Virus record (IMG/VR): IMGVR_UViG_3300044997_000299
Span: 1 to 58,954 of that record
DNA from: a virus
Lineage: Duplodnaviria; Caudoviricetes
Direction: 5' to 3' (one strand)
DNA: 58,954 nt
Part shown: in pieces, positions 44,939 through 56,224 of the stretch
Numbering within the stretch: the first letter of the stretch is position 1
Layout: every line of letters begins with the position of its first letter
Notes under the pieces: model-generated
Told to the model about the DNA's origin: nothing
Database searches by the model: none
What the model saw: the letters and a program-made list of their open reading frames with translations, nothing else
Program-made: the position numbers and the translations under genes

Positions 44939-45762
44939 TAAAAAGGAGTTTGTTCAGATTTTGAGCTTTGTTGAGTTTCAGTTGCAACTGGCGTATCATC
45001 TTCATAATTTACAGACACACCTTTGCGACAAGTTTCGTACAAATCAACTGCAGATTTAAATGCATTTTGATTTGATACCTGCCCTATATGATTTATAGCC
45101 CAACCAGTCCATTGACCCTTACCGTTTGATTCTTGAACAGTAGTTAGTTTATAAACTTGGCTAAATGATGGTTGTGATACCAAATCACCCTTACTGTTTT
45201 TAACTTTTGGTAAGGCTCTCATCATTGAGTTCCACTTTCGAGATTTTTTAGCTTGAGTTCTACTCATGGAAATTAACCCTGTAGTGTTTGGACTTTGATC
45301 CTCATTTAATAAAAGAACAAAGTGAGATGCTGTTCCCTCTAAATAGTTTCCGTTTAAAAGCCTGTCTCTATTTTGAGCATCCCTTTTTGTTTGAGATACA
45401 ATATCTGAATCAGCAGAGTAAATTTTAACAGGTGCATTTACACCTCCAGTTCCTCTTTCTTTCCATTCAATATATTCAAACTTATAATAACAAGGAACAA
45501 CTAATATACCTTTGGCTCCGTCATACAGTTTTTTTGTAACAGAGTTACAAATCATTCCTGTTTGAGCACCTTCAATATATTTTTCGTGTCCAAGTCTTTT
45601 TTCGTAAGATGCATCGCTAATTAATTTAATAAACGGCATAGCCATTTGATTGGCTGTTACGTTTTCTAGCCCTGCATCACCGTACTGATCAATTATAGAA
45701 GCTACATTAAATGTAGGTTTTTCTACGATTGCAGTTTTTTCTTTCTTGACTTGTGTTTGCAT
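44938..45762 (-). CDS. single-stranded DNA-binding protein (putative)
   Basis: OB-like core, acidic tail ending TPF; lies in the replication module. Confidence 0.65.
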   Translation of the reverse strand: MQTQVKKEKTAIVEKPTFNVASIIDQYGDAGLENVTANQMAMPFIKLISDASYEKRLGHEKYIEGAQTGMICNSVTKKLYDGAKGILVVPCYYKFEYIEWKERGTGGVNAPVKIYSADSDIVSQTKRDAQNRDRLLNGNYLEGTASHFVLLLNEDQSPNTTGLISMSRTQAKKSRKWNSMMRALPKVKNSKGDLVSQPSFSQVYKLTTVQESNGKGQWTGWAINHIGQVSNQNAFKSAVDLYETCRKGVSVNYEDDTPVATETQQSSKSEQTPF

Positions 45763-45763
45763 T

Positions 45764-46312
45764 TTAGTCCTTAGTGGTTAGTTTAGTCTTACTAGAAATG
45801 TGCACTCCAAACAAATCATCAGGTATGTCCATTCCTCTTTCAGTTTGTTCCTTAACAAACGTAGACAAAGTCATATGATGAACATGTTCTTTTTGAATTG
45901 GAGTTGTGCCTTTAGATCTTAGAAGTTCTAGCACTTCTCTTGCTTTACTATCTTCACCCATACTAAACTCAACAGAAATATCGTGTTTAATAATATCTCC
46001 GTAGCCATTTTTCCTTAGCCAATCAAATGCCTTAGATTGATTCGCTTTAGTAATATAAGCTTTGTATGTTGGAACAGCCTCAACCATAGTTCCATCAGAG
46101 AGTTTAATCATTGATATATCCATCTCAGCCATTAAATTAGGAATTAGCTCAGAGGATATTAGGGCTTCTTTTTCAACAAGCTTTTTTACTTCTGCTTGTT
46201 TTTCTTCAATATCAGTTTGTGTTTTTTTTAAATCTTGACATAATTTTGATATTGAGTGCATTTTATCTTGATCAACACTTTGCAGTGCATCAAGACTGTT
46301 TGTTGCCACCAT
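45764..46312 (-). CDS. conserved replication-module protein (start revised to MVATNS)
   Basis: IP.LM.E...L.DG...A.I...AF.WLR..G.GDIIK; AGGAG RBS. Confidence 0.7.
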   Translation of the reverse strand: MVATNSLDALQSVDQDKMHSISKLCQDLKKTQTDIEEKQAEVKKLVEKEALISSELIPNLMAEMDISMIKLSDGTMVEAVPTYKAYITKANQSKAFDWLRKNGYGDIIKHDISVEFSMGEDSKAREVLELLRSKGTTPIQKEHVHHMTLSTFVKEQTERGMDIPDDLFGVHISSKTKLTTKD

Positions 46313-46367
46313 TTTTTCTCCTTGACGTCTTATTAAACTACTATAAACACATGTCAAACATAATTTT

Positions 46368-47792
46368 GTGGTAGCAAAATATATTTTTAAAACTGAACCT
46401 TTTGCACATCAACGCAAAGCATTGGAGCTTTCTTGGAATAAAGAGAGTTACGCTCTTTTTATGGAGATGGGCACAGGAAAAACTAAAGTTTTATTGGATA
46501 ATGTTGGAGTATTATACACATTAAATAATATAAATGCTTCATTAATAATAGCAACAAAATCTGTATACACAGTATGGTTTAATGATGAAATACCTAAACA
46601 TCTAAACGTTCCTTATGAAACTTATTTATGGAAACCAACAAAAGAAAAAACTTGTCAAGAATTTATTTTAAAACAAAGTGATAAACTTAAATTGTTTGTC
46701 ATGAACATAGAAGCTTTGTCTACGATTAAGGGTTACCAATTTGCAGTACAATTTTTAATAAAACATAATGCATTAATTGCAGTAGACGAATCATCTACTG
46801 TTAAAAACTATAGAGCTAAAAGAACTAAAAATCTTTTAAAATTAAGAAAAATTTCTAAGTATCGTAGAATTTTGACAGGATCACCGGTGACTAAAAGTCC
46901 GGTAGATTTATATACTCAGTGCGAATTTTTAGACCCTAAACATTTAGGTTTTAATTCATTTGTAGCTTTTAAAAATAGATACTGTGTATTTGATATTGTT
47001 CATATTACAGGGGACAGACAAATTGCTGTACCAGTAGGATTTAAGAATCTTGAAGAGCTAGAACAAAAATTAAAAACGTTTTCTTTTAGAATTAAAAAAG
47101 AAGATTGTTTAGATTTACCAGATAAAGTATATACAAAAAGAGTGGTGCAATTAACTGAAGAACAGAAAAAAGTTTACAATGAAATAAAAGAACAAGCTAT
47201 TGCAAACTTAGACGGAGATAGAATGACTGTCAATAATGTGCTCACTGAAATTATTAGACTTCATCAAATTACTGCGGGTTTTTTTTCTGGAGAATCTGGT
47301 AAGATACAAAAATTAAATAATAATAAATTAGATGCACTATTAGAAATTATAGAAGACACTGACGAAAAAATTATTATATGGGCAAACTGGGTTTATAATA
47401 TTGAAGAGATAACTAATAAACTTATAGACATTTATGGTCCGTCGTCCGTTGTTAATTTTTACGGCGCAGTAAATTCTGAAAAAAGAAGTAAAGCTATTGA
47501 TTTATTTATGAATGATCGCAATTGTAGATTTTTTGTCGCTAACCCATCAACTGGAGGATTTGGTTTAACACTGACATCGGCCACATTAGTTATTTATTAT
47601 TCAAATAGTTTTAATGCTGAGCATAGAATTCAATCTGAAGAAAGAGCTCATCGAATAGGCCAAACTAAAAAAGTAACTTATATTGATTTAATAACTGAAG
47701 ATAGTGTAGATGAAAAAATTGTGCTTTCTTTAAAAAATAAATTTAAACTATCGGCTGCAACCTTGGGAGAGGTTGTTCGGACTTGGTTATAA
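46368..47792 (+). CDS. SNF2-family helicase
   Basis: EMGTGKT, DES, LTGSP, G.GLTL...QSEERAHRIGQ. Confidence 0.92.
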   Translation: MVAKYIFKTEPFAHQRKALELSWNKESYALFMEMGTGKTKVLLDNVGVLYTLNNINASLIIATKSVYTVWFNDEIPKHLNVPYETYLWKPTKEKTCQEFILKQSDKLKLFVMNIEALSTIKGYQFAVQFLIKHNALIAVDESSTVKNYRAKRTKNLLKLRKISKYRRILTGSPVTKSPVDLYTQCEFLDPKHLGFNSFVAFKNRYCVFDIVHITGDRQIAVPVGFKNLEELEQKLKTFSFRIKKEDCLDLPDKVYTKRVVQLTEEQKKVYNEIKEQAIANLDGDRMTVNNVLTEIIRLHQITAGFFSGESGKIQKLNNNKLDALLEIIEDTDEKIIIWANWVYNIEEITNKLIDIYGPSSVVNFYGAVNSEKRSKAIDLFMNDRNCRFFVANPSTGGFGLTLTSATLVIYYSNSFNAEHRIQSEERAHRIGQTKKVTYIDLITEDSVDEKIVLSLKNKFKLSAATLGEVVRTWL

Positions 47793-48441
47793 TTTTATAT
47801 TCTTCAAATTTTTTCCACCATTTGTCTTTCCACATTTTCATTTGATCTCCGAATATTTCAAACGATTGAAATTGTAAATCTCTTGAACACATTAACACTA
47901 CACCGCCCTCTATTTCTCCATAATGTTTACTATGTGCTTCAGCATATGCTGCTAACTGTAAAAAATAATCTTCGATCCACTCAGCTCGTTTAGGTTTATT
48001 AGTTTGTTTAAAATCAATGATTGTTGGTTTATCCTTATAAATACCTATTAAATCTGTAGTTCCAGCATACAGGTCTTCATATCTTAAACTAGTTTCAGAT
48101 CCCCAAGCTTCTTTCACATTCTTCAATCCTTCCTTAATAATCATATTAGCCATGTCCTTAGCTTTCTGTCCTTCATCTGTCATGGACATATAATTGGTGC
48201 CTTCAATATATTTCTCTAAATATTTATGCATCTCAATTCCAATTTTAGATGCTTCTTGTTTAATTCGTTCTGCTTCTTCGTTACCAACTTTTTTTATCCA
48301 TTTATCAAGATTTAATCTATCTTTTGTTTTAGATAGTATAGTTGTAACTGACGGAATCTTCATTCCATTAACAACATATGTTCTTCCACTCTCTTGAGTG
48401 TCTTTGTCGTATTTTAAATAATTGTATTTTTTAATTAACAC
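47743..48441 (-). CDS. PD-(D/E)XK exonuclease
   Basis: PSVTTIL, G..MH, AGTTD, IIDFK, QL.AY. Confidence 0.88.
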   Translation of the reverse strand: MLIKKYNYLKYDKDTQESGRTYVVNGMKIPSVTTILSKTKDRLNLDKWIKKVGNEEAERIKQEASKIGIEMHKYLEKYIEGTNYMSMTDEGQKAKDMANMIIKEGLKNVKEAWGSETSLRYEDLYAGTTDLIGIYKDKPTIIDFKQTNKPKRAEWIEDYFLQLAAYAEAHSKHYGEIEGGVVLMCSRDLQFQSFEIFGDQMKMWKDKWWKKFEEYKIITKSEQPLPRLQPIV

Positions 48442-48450
48442 ACTAACTTA

Positions 48451-48657
48451 TTACTTTAATACAGCCGTAAGTAAAGTAACAATTATACTGCCCATAGCTG
48501 CGATAATTACACCCGCTGACACCATAATTACTTTTTCAAGTCTAACGATTCTTTCATGTAATTGATCAATTTTTTTAAACGTTTCTCTTTGCATCATTCT
48601 GCAAAGTTTTTCGTGTTCATTAATTCTAGTTAAGGCTGTTTTACCGTTTTTATACAT
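48451..48657 (-). CDS. small coiled-coil plus TM protein
   Basis: HEK.C...RLE and a C-terminal hydrophobic helix. Confidence 0.6.
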   Translation of the reverse strand: MYKNGKTALTRINEHEKLCRMMQRETFKKIDQLHERIVRLEKVIMVSAGVIIAAMGSIIVTLLTAVLK

Positions 48658-51547
48658 TTTCCCTACCTTGTGCTGCTAATATTCCTAAAGTATCAGTTGG
48701 AAAAGCTGCGGCAAATCTTTGTGCATTAATCGGTTGTTGTGCAGACAAAGGCACAATACCTGGCAATCTTGGTAATGCTGCTTGTAAAGGCCCTGGAGGA
48801 GCTTGTCTTACTGCTTCTCTCATTAATTGTTCTTCACTATCATTTCTTGGTGCTCCGCCAATTGGTCTAAATAAATCATCAATTTCTGGTGGAGGTAAAA
48901 CTTTTCCTAACATGTTATCAGGAACCGAAGCAAACAATCTTTCTTTTTGTTTTGGATCTATATGTAAACCTTTTAAATCATCTGGAACATATTTTTCATT
49001 CGATAATCTTTGCAATAGTTCCTGAGTAGATATGTTTCTACCTTCAAATTTTCTTGGATCATTTGGATAATCATTAGACAAAACATTTAATATTTTTATA
49101 ATTGATCTACGCATTGCTGCTGCGACTAATGTTGTGTCGCCTGTTTCAGCGGCTTCTAAATAAGTTTTAAAAGAACTATTAATTGCTTTTAATCTTTGAG
49201 GACTTGCAAAAAATCTATTAGTAAAATAACCTAAAGCTAACAAAGGCACCATACCCAAAGGACCAAAACCATACATTCCAAGTGCTAAACCTGCTACGTT
49301 ACCTGATAATATTAACCTTCTCGCTAAGAAAGTAGATGCATCAGGAACTATCATTTTATTTAAAGCTGTTACATAACCAATTAAATCTTCAAGTTCCTTA
49401 ACCATTTTTTTACCTTGTTCAGGTCCTAAAATCATTTCAAATTTTTTAGCATGTTCGGCTGTTGGTAAAACTAATTTTCTAAAAGTATCTGGATCAAATT
49501 GGATATTTCCTCTAGCATATTGTGAAACACTATTTCCATTTGGTAATTTCATATCTGCAATTCTAGTTGCTGGTAAACCTGCCTCTTGAAAAGTTCGTTC
49601 TCTGCCAATCAAATCTAAAATAAAATTATCTTCACCAGCCGCTCTTACAAATGATTTTTGATAAGCATCTGATAAATATGCTGAATGAAGTCTTTTTAAA
49701 GTTTCATTACCTTCCTTTGAACCTGCTTTTAAAAATTGATATTGTCCAGTTTCTGGATTTATTTTATATTGATCCGCTTGTAATAATTTTTGTAAATCAG
49801 TCACAGCATCAAAACTTTGTCTGCTTGGTGCAGATGTAAAAATATTGTCGGCCACTGTTTTTGCAAGTTGGTCTGCATTTTTATTTCCTGATTCAAAAAA
49901 ACCAGCTACTTGTTTATCTGAGAATAAATTTTTACCAAAATTATTTCTTATTTTATCTGCTAAAGGTGTTTCAAATGAAATAATATTTTGAGCATATTGT
50001 TTATTAGCTTCAACTAATTGTTTTTCAAGTCTGCTTATAGCATCAGCGTTTAATTTAGCTCCTTGAGCACCAGTAACTTGACCAATAGTTGTTTTAATTG
50101 GTTGTGATACGTCTAAAATTTGATCAGCTATAGCCTTATTTGTTGGATTATATCTTAAAAAAATTTCAGCAGAAGGATCTAAGTTAATGCTTGCAAAATC
50201 TTTTTCCATGGATTGCACTAACTCTTTGTAAGTATTTATTAATTCTAAGTTATTCGGAGATCTCGCCACTGCATTATTTAATAGTTGCCTCATTCTTAAA
50301 TATTCATTAGGAGAAATCAATCTATTTGATCTAAGTAAATTTTCATAATCAAACATAAATCTACCAATAGGAGTCTGCAATACTTCATTAGTTAGACTTA
50401 ATTTGAATTCTACAGGTGAGGTATCGCTTTGCTTTATAAAATTATAATATTTTCTTTGATGATTCATTGGTATTATCATTGGATCTCCAAATTGATTAGA
50501 CATCTGTCTAAATAAATCGTAATTTACATCGTTCATATTTCTAAAATTCAAATAATTTTTTTCCATTTGACGAGCAACATTATCTGATACTGAGGCTAAT
50601 TGAGCTAAGTGCATATTAGGTTGTAAATTAAATACACTTTCAACTTTTTCTGCAAATGCAGCTATTCTTTTTGCTTTTGCTTGTTCAGCTGGTCTTCCAA
50701 CAAAAGGAACTTGTCCAAATACTTTATTAAAACCACTTAAAATTCTACCTCCTATTGTATTAGGATCTGCTGCTTCAAAAGCAGATGCCTCAAGTCCATT
50801 AGTCTCAGCTAATTGTTTAATTTTTTTTGCATAATCACCTTCAAGTCCTAAAAATTGTCTTGTTAATTTTCCTGCTCCAAAAGCAATAGGAGCTAATAAT
50901 TCTGCTCCAGCACTCCAAGCTAAACCAACTGCTAAATCATCAGCTGCCTGAATAAATGGATTAGCATTGATGTCTTTACCTTTATAACCTTTTGCCTCAA
51001 TTCCTTCTTTTGCTCTTATAATTTCATCTGCTATGTCATACGCTTGACCTCCGGCAGTGTATCCTAATGTTCCAGCAACTACAGGTCTTAAAATAGCTCC
51101 TATTGGTTTACTAGGATCCAATCCTCCAATTCTATCAAGGTTCATTAATGCATTTGAAAATTGAGTATTAGCTGGTTTTGTAAATGCTTCTGGTTTTAAT
51201 TTTGATATTAAAGAAGCATACTTAGTTGGATTAGCCACAATTTTAGCAAGTCTTGTTCTATCCATTAATAATTGAGCTCCAAAAGCTCCGATATCAAATA
51301 CAGATTGAACAGTATCTCTATTTAAAATATCGCCAGTTGCAGCTCGTATTGGGTCATATTCAGCAGTTTTTTGTTGAGCTAATTGATCTGCTACTCTTTT
51401 TTGATCTTCTAGAATGTCTTTTATAGGTCTTGTCTGAAGTTCACCTTTTTTTTGTAGGCCATCTAAAATATTTAATCTTTGTAAATCTAATTTACGCAAA
51501 TCGATTTGATTTGTATTTAACAATTCTTGTATTTCTTCTAATGTCAT
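48650..51547 (-). CDS. large internal virion/ejection protein
   Basis: 965 aa, helical with Gly/Ala hydrophobic patches; C-terminal FAAAFPTD.LG. Confidence 0.6.
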   Translation of the reverse strand: MTLEEIQELLNTNQIDLRKLDLQRLNILDGLQKKGELQTRPIKDILEDQKRVADQLAQQKTAEYDPIRAATGDILNRDTVQSVFDIGAFGAQLLMDRTRLAKIVANPTKYASLISKLKPEAFTKPANTQFSNALMNLDRIGGLDPSKPIGAILRPVVAGTLGYTAGGQAYDIADEIIRAKEGIEAKGYKGKDINANPFIQAADDLAVGLAWSAGAELLAPIAFGAGKLTRQFLGLEGDYAKKIKQLAETNGLEASAFEAADPNTIGGRILSGFNKVFGQVPFVGRPAEQAKAKRIAAFAEKVESVFNLQPNMHLAQLASVSDNVARQMEKNYLNFRNMNDVNYDLFRQMSNQFGDPMIIPMNHQRKYYNFIKQSDTSPVEFKLSLTNEVLQTPIGRFMFDYENLLRSNRLISPNEYLRMRQLLNNAVARSPNNLELINTYKELVQSMEKDFASINLDPSAEIFLRYNPTNKAIADQILDVSQPIKTTIGQVTGAQGAKLNADAISRLEKQLVEANKQYAQNIISFETPLADKIRNNFGKNLFSDKQVAGFFESGNKNADQLAKTVADNIFTSAPSRQSFDAVTDLQKLLQADQYKINPETGQYQFLKAGSKEGNETLKRLHSAYLSDAYQKSFVRAAGEDNFILDLIGRERTFQEAGLPATRIADMKLPNGNSVSQYARGNIQFDPDTFRKLVLPTAEHAKKFEMILGPEQGKKMVKELEDLIGYVTALNKMIVPDASTFLARRLILSGNVAGLALGMYGFGPLGMVPLLALGYFTNRFFASPQRLKAINSSFKTYLEAAETGDTTLVAAAMRRSIIKILNVLSNDYPNDPRKFEGRNISTQELLQRLSNEKYVPDDLKGLHIDPKQKERLFASVPDNMLGKVLPPPEIDDLFRPIGGAPRNDSEEQLMREAVRQAPPGPLQAALPRLPGIVPLSAQQPINAQRFAAAFPTDTLGILAAQGRENV

Positions 51548-53376
51548 TTTAATAATGCTCCACCTATTGCATCTCTAGAAAATATTTTATTAAAGATACT
51601 TTGATTATTTTTAGTTGTATTTTCAATTATATTTTTTGTTGAACTTGGTAAGTTGAATGCTTTGTTATATTTTTCGTCTATATCTGATAAATCAATACCA
51701 GCTGCAAAAGCGTCATTTATTGTAGCTTCCCTGCCAGATTTAAATTGATTACGTAATACGCTATATCTTGCTATAATCTCTTCATTTGATGGATTTAAGA
51801 AAGGAATATATGTAATCAAACCACCAGCAACATCTCTTGCATTATCTACGTCAGATACAGCTATTCTATCTTGTCTTTTATTAACTTGTGCTAAAGAATA
51901 TACAGCAATTAATTCAAAGGTTCGTAATTGAGCTTGATCTCGTAATGTTTCATCAGTACTATTTAAATTTGGTGAAATTTTTTTTAATTCAAAAAAAATT
52001 TCATTAGCTGCTTTAATCCCACTAGCTGTGTCTTTAGCATTTGCAGGAGGTTTGTTAGAATCAATTGCATTTGGTAAATCTGCTGATAATTCATCAACCA
52101 ACCTATTAATTGATTCAGCATAATCTTTACCGCCCATCAATTGGTTTATTTGTGCAAGACTTCTTCCAATAATTAAATTATATCCACCGAATGCACCAGA
52201 GGCACTTGGATTTCTTCTTACTATTTCTAACACAGATTCAGTTACTTTATCTCCAGCGGCTTTTGCTCGATAATCAGAAACAAATTTTCTACGTTCTATG
52301 GGATTTTCCTCTAATTTAAAAAAATTTAATATTTCTGATGGATCCACTTTATAAGGCGTAGGTGTTCCTTTAACATTTTCAAAAATAGTAAATTTACCAT
52401 CATCTGTGGGAGTGGCGTATCTTATTTTTTTTTCTCCAGTGATTTTATCTAAAAGTAATACTCTTTGTTTAGGTGGCTCTATTTTTTCAATTTTTTTTGT
52501 ATCTTTTCCTAATTGAGAAAGTATACTTTTTGTTAAGTCTAACTCATCTTTTTGTCTTTCTCTCTCTAAAGCTATAGCTATTGGAATTACTTTTTGACCT
52601 GCTTGTCCTAATACATCTAAAAAACCCCCTAAACCAGGTTTGTCAGTTCTTCCAGATAGTAAATTTGATGCAATTTGTAAAAGCATTAAATTTCCAGCTT
52701 TATCGTATCCTTCTTCACCCATTATATCTTTAACCAAATCTTTTACTGCTTGAAGTTGCACTAGTCGTCCTTGTTTAGCTGCAAGTAAATCTAATTTTAA
52801 AGCAGTAGAATCAGCATTTTGTAAAATATTTTTTTGAGCATCTATGCCAGCTTGAACTTGATTTGTTCCAAAAGGTTGTCCAGTAACCGTTGGCGGTTGT
52901 AAGTTTTGCACATTTCTATCGTACTGACCTATATCACCCATGGCCTCTCTTTCTAAATCTGCTTTACGACGTTCTTCTAATTCAGAACCTGGTATTGCAG
53001 GTCCTGTTTCTGATGCAATAAATGATTCTGCTTTTTTTTCTCTTGCACCTCTCCCTAATTGATAAATTAAATCATCTCTTTTTTGTTTTAATTGATCTCT
53101 GTCGGTTGTTAAATAATCTAATCCGCCTGCACCAGCAATTAAACCTGCTATACCTAAAGGACTTCTTAAAGTTTTAAGTGTTCCTTTTCCTAGATTTGCT
53201 AATGACTGACCTGAACCAGAAAAACTAGTTTCAAAAAAAGGAAAATATTTAGATCTTTGAAATTGTATTAAAGGTTTAGGAGTTTGTGGTATTTTTCCTC
53301 CTTGTTCAGGATATTCAAAAAATTTTCCTAACTGTGCTTTTTGAACTACTAATTTTCTTTTATGAATAGGAACCAT
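51544..53376 (-). CDS. internal virion/ejection protein
   Basis: 610 aa in the ejection cluster. Confidence 0.55.
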   Translation of the reverse strand: MVPIHKRKLVVQKAQLGKFFEYPEQGGKIPQTPKPLIQFQRSKYFPFFETSFSGSGQSLANLGKGTLKTLRSPLGIAGLIAGAGGLDYLTTDRDQLKQKRDDLIYQLGRGAREKKAESFIASETGPAIPGSELEERRKADLEREAMGDIGQYDRNVQNLQPPTVTGQPFGTNQVQAGIDAQKNILQNADSTALKLDLLAAKQGRLVQLQAVKDLVKDIMGEEGYDKAGNLMLLQIASNLLSGRTDKPGLGGFLDVLGQAGQKVIPIAIALERERQKDELDLTKSILSQLGKDTKKIEKIEPPKQRVLLLDKITGEKKIRYATPTDDGKFTIFENVKGTPTPYKVDPSEILNFFKLEENPIERRKFVSDYRAKAAGDKVTESVLEIVRRNPSASGAFGGYNLIIGRSLAQINQLMGGKDYAESINRLVDELSADLPNAIDSNKPPANAKDTASGIKAANEIFFELKKISPNLNSTDETLRDQAQLRTFELIAVYSLAQVNKRQDRIAVSDVDNARDVAGGLITYIPFLNPSNEEIIARYSVLRNQFKSGREATINDAFAAGIDLSDIDEKYNKAFNLPSSTKNIIENTTKNNQSIFNKIFSRDAIGGALLK

Positions 53377-53387
53377 GGTCCGTGCTC

Positions 53388-54344
53388 CTATGATGGTTGA
53401 CGGTTAAAAACTGAATAAGCTGCAATGCCTGTTCCAACAGCTTGAGCAAGAGGAGATGTTTGTGGTGCAAAACCTTGCGTAACAGTTTGTTGAGAAGAAG
53501 GCACTCCTCTTTGAATATCTGATAGAAAAGATAACCTTTGATATGGATCTGTTGCCTGTTGAACAGCAGTTTGTCTGGCTGCTTCTAGTGTAGCTTGTTC
53601 TATTGCTCTTCCAGTTCCACCAGTTGCCATTAAATTTTGTATATCTTGAGTTTGTTGTCTAGATAAAGCATCACTAACACTTAAACCAACTTGTGCTGCT
53701 CCTAGTCCTGTTTGTGCTTGCAATGCTTGGTTAGCTTGAAAACCTTGTAACGCTTGCCCAAATCCAGCAAACTGAGCTTCACCTATTTTACCAAGTCGTG
53801 CTCTTTCAAATTCACCAGCAGCGATTGCTTGCCTACCACCACCAAAAGCTCCTTCAGCAATTGCTTTTGCTTGTAATTGATTCTGTGCCATTTGAGATTG
53901 TCTATTAATTTCATCAAGCACAAATTGATTATAGGGATTTAAAAATCTCTGAAATTGTGCAGAAGAAGGATCTAATTGTGAAGCAGAAACAGCTGCTCCA
54001 GCTCTTTGTTGAGCACCTGTTAAAGCACTAATACCCTGACCAGTTTGTCCAGCTAATGTTTGTGCAGCTCTTTCTGCTGTAGACAAAGGAGCCACTTGAA
54101 ACGCTGGTAATCCTAATGGTTGACTTGCAGTTATTGCAGCTTGATCCATTAAACCTAATCTTCTAGCTTCTATTTCTGGTGCTTCTCTTATCGTTTGAAC
54201 GTTTGTAGTATTTGCTGGTTGGCTTCCACCACCACCTCCTCCAGATGATCCGCAATGTGCAACAGATCCATTATACTCAAAAGACTCTTCTATAAGAATC
54301 TTATCTGTAGCCATATCAATAACTAGTTTTGTATAAATTTTCAT
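53388..54344 (-). CDS. ejection/pilot protein (start revised to MKIYTK)
   Basis: Gln/Ala-rich; F.NPY...V, GAFGG.RQ, PYQRL.F.SDI motifs. Confidence 0.65.
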   Translation of the reverse strand: MKIYTKLVIDMATDKILIEESFEYNGSVAHCGSSGGGGGGSQPANTTNVQTIREAPEIEARRLGLMDQAAITASQPLGLPAFQVAPLSTAERAAQTLAGQTGQGISALTGAQQRAGAAVSASQLDPSSAQFQRFLNPYNQFVLDEINRQSQMAQNQLQAKAIAEGAFGGGRQAIAAGEFERARLGKIGEAQFAGFGQALQGFQANQALQAQTGLGAAQVGLSVSDALSRQQTQDIQNLMATGGTGRAIEQATLEAARQTAVQQATDPYQRLSFLSDIQRGVPSSQQTVTQGFAPQTSPLAQAVGTGIAAYSVFNRQPS

Positions 54345-54754
54345 AATACTTTTTCTAATTGAACTTGCGTTTTTAAAAATCCTTTTGGTTTTAAAATTTT
54401 TTCCCAACCAGGTCTTGTAATCATTTCCATTTTCTTGCACCCTTCGTCTTTTGCAAATTCAAGTATATAATTCATAAAATTCACCCATCTTTTCATGTTA
54501 TTGCCTGTAGTTATTTTACAACTACAAACTTTGTATTTGGGATACTGTCTTATTTCAGTAATACAAACACATAAAACTTTTTTTTCTACATTGTCCCAAG
54601 CAATCCATAACTGCATGAGATCTTTTTCTAACCATTTTTTAAAGTCTTCAGCGTCTGCGAAACCTCCGTTGTATTCACAAGCTGCTTGAATCTTATCTTT
54701 AACTAAAATCCAAACATCTTTAACGTTTTCAGACTTAAATTTTACACAATACAT
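54341..54754 (-). CDS. GNAT-like protein of ejection cluster
   Basis: QLW...TEI..YP......G....W.......AK..GC.......RPGW.K.L. Confidence 0.6.
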   Translation of the reverse strand: MYCVKFKSENVKDVWILVKDKIQAACEYNGGFADAEDFKKWLEKDLMQLWIAWDNVEKKVLCVCITEIRQYPKYKVCSCKITTGNNMKRWVNFMNYILEFAKDEGCKKMEMITRPGWEKILKPKGFLKTQVQLEKVL

Positions 54755-56184
54755 TATGCAAATTTTTCTAATTCAGCCATTTGTTTGTAAAAAAATTGAG
54801 CACCTAAATTTCTTTGTTCTTCTTTAGATTTACCCCCCATTAATTTACCAGCACCAAGGACTGATTTAGATTTTGTAACAAACTCACCATCTGCTAGTTG
54901 AGCTAACATGGTGTCTTTATTTCCGCTTCCTTTACCAGTTTCATCTCTGACTAATTTACCGGAAGTTCTTTTGTAATTCATTTCATCATTTTCATTTCTA
55001 ATTAATTTTGAGGGTAATACATCAACCACGTCACCGCTCATAAATGCTTTTGGTGGTTCATTTACTGACCTTGCTTGTATTAATTCTATTAATCTTTGTA
55101 TATATTCTGGTGTATTAGGAGCCTTTGGTACACTTACATCGCTTTCACCAACAAGTCCTAGTATGCCTTTTAAATCATTTATTGGCATTTTAACATCATT
55201 TGATAAATTATTTAATATTTTTTTAGCCTGATTAATGTCAGCAATAGATAATCTATCTGTGTCTTTCATTTCTTGCGCAAATTTTATAGCAGTATTATTT
55301 GGGTCTGATTTATATTCCAAAATATATTTTCTTTTTAGGGCCTCTGGCAAATTTTCAGCAATAGTGTCAATTCCCAATGACATTGGTTCAGTTTCAGTTT
55401 GCAAAGATTCACCTTTTGATGGTTGCGGTAAAAATCTATTTTTAGCCATCGCGTACAAACTACTTATTGGCGATGAGGGTGTATTTATGGCCATTGCTGA
55501 TTGGTTCATTAAATCATCTGGTGATGCTAGACCACCTTCTTGCATTCCGCTGTAAGGAGATCCTTCTGGATATTTAGATGGATCTGGTCCGTATCTGCCA
55601 GAGAATGGTTGAAACATTCCAGGATCTGCTGCATAGAATCTATTAAATCCAGGGTACTTTGGTTGAGGTGCAGGTGTTGGCTTGAAAGCTCCAGCAGCAT
55701 ATAATCCTGCTCCTAATGCCCCAGCTCCTAATAAAACTTTTCCCTTATCATATTCTTTACTTGGTAAAATTTTACCAGCTTCATCTGTTTTTCTAAAAAA
55801 GTCTAATCCTTTATTTATTGCTTTACTTCCTTGCTCAAATGCATCACTTAATCCTTTTCCAAAAGAAAAAGAAGGAGAACCTTGAACACTTTGTTGAAAC
55901 TGCATGTAGTCACCTGCGTCATACTGCATTGGTAATTCTTTTCTAGTTGCAGCTAATCCCGCTTCTTGTGCTAATACTTCTCGTCCAACATTACTTCCTA
56001 CTTGACTTAGATCATCTATACCAGGAATTGTAGATATACCTTCTTGTGCTCCAGCAGAAGCTCCTTGAGTTGCATAAGCTAAAGCTGCATCGCTAATAGT
56101 GCTTTTAAGTAAATCTGAACCTCTTTTACCTTGTAATGCGTTGATACCTCCAGATATCAAAATCGACGCTGTAATCGGATCCAT
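54754..56184 (-). CDS. internal virion protein with C-terminal GSG..D...A.L.DGEFV domain
   Basis: MDPIT N-terminus, MQEGGL, GKGSGNKDTMLAQLADGEFV. Confidence 0.65.
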   Translation of the reverse strand: MDPITASILISGGINALQGKRGSDLLKSTISDAALAYATQGASAGAQEGISTIPGIDDLSQVGSNVGREVLAQEAGLAATRKELPMQYDAGDYMQFQQSVQGSPSFSFGKGLSDAFEQGSKAINKGLDFFRKTDEAGKILPSKEYDKGKVLLGAGALGAGLYAAGAFKPTPAPQPKYPGFNRFYAADPGMFQPFSGRYGPDPSKYPEGSPYSGMQEGGLASPDDLMNQSAMAINTPSSPISSLYAMAKNRFLPQPSKGESLQTETEPMSLGIDTIAENLPEALKRKYILEYKSDPNNTAIKFAQEMKDTDRLSIADINQAKKILNNLSNDVKMPINDLKGILGLVGESDVSVPKAPNTPEYIQRLIELIQARSVNEPPKAFMSGDVVDVLPSKLIRNENDEMNYKRTSGKLVRDETGKGSGNKDTMLAQLADGEFVTKSKSVLGAGKLMGGKSKEEQRNLGAQFFYKQMAELEKFA

Positions 56185-56224
56185 ATATGGCTTGCTCCTG
56201 TTTTAAATACGTATTTAGAACACT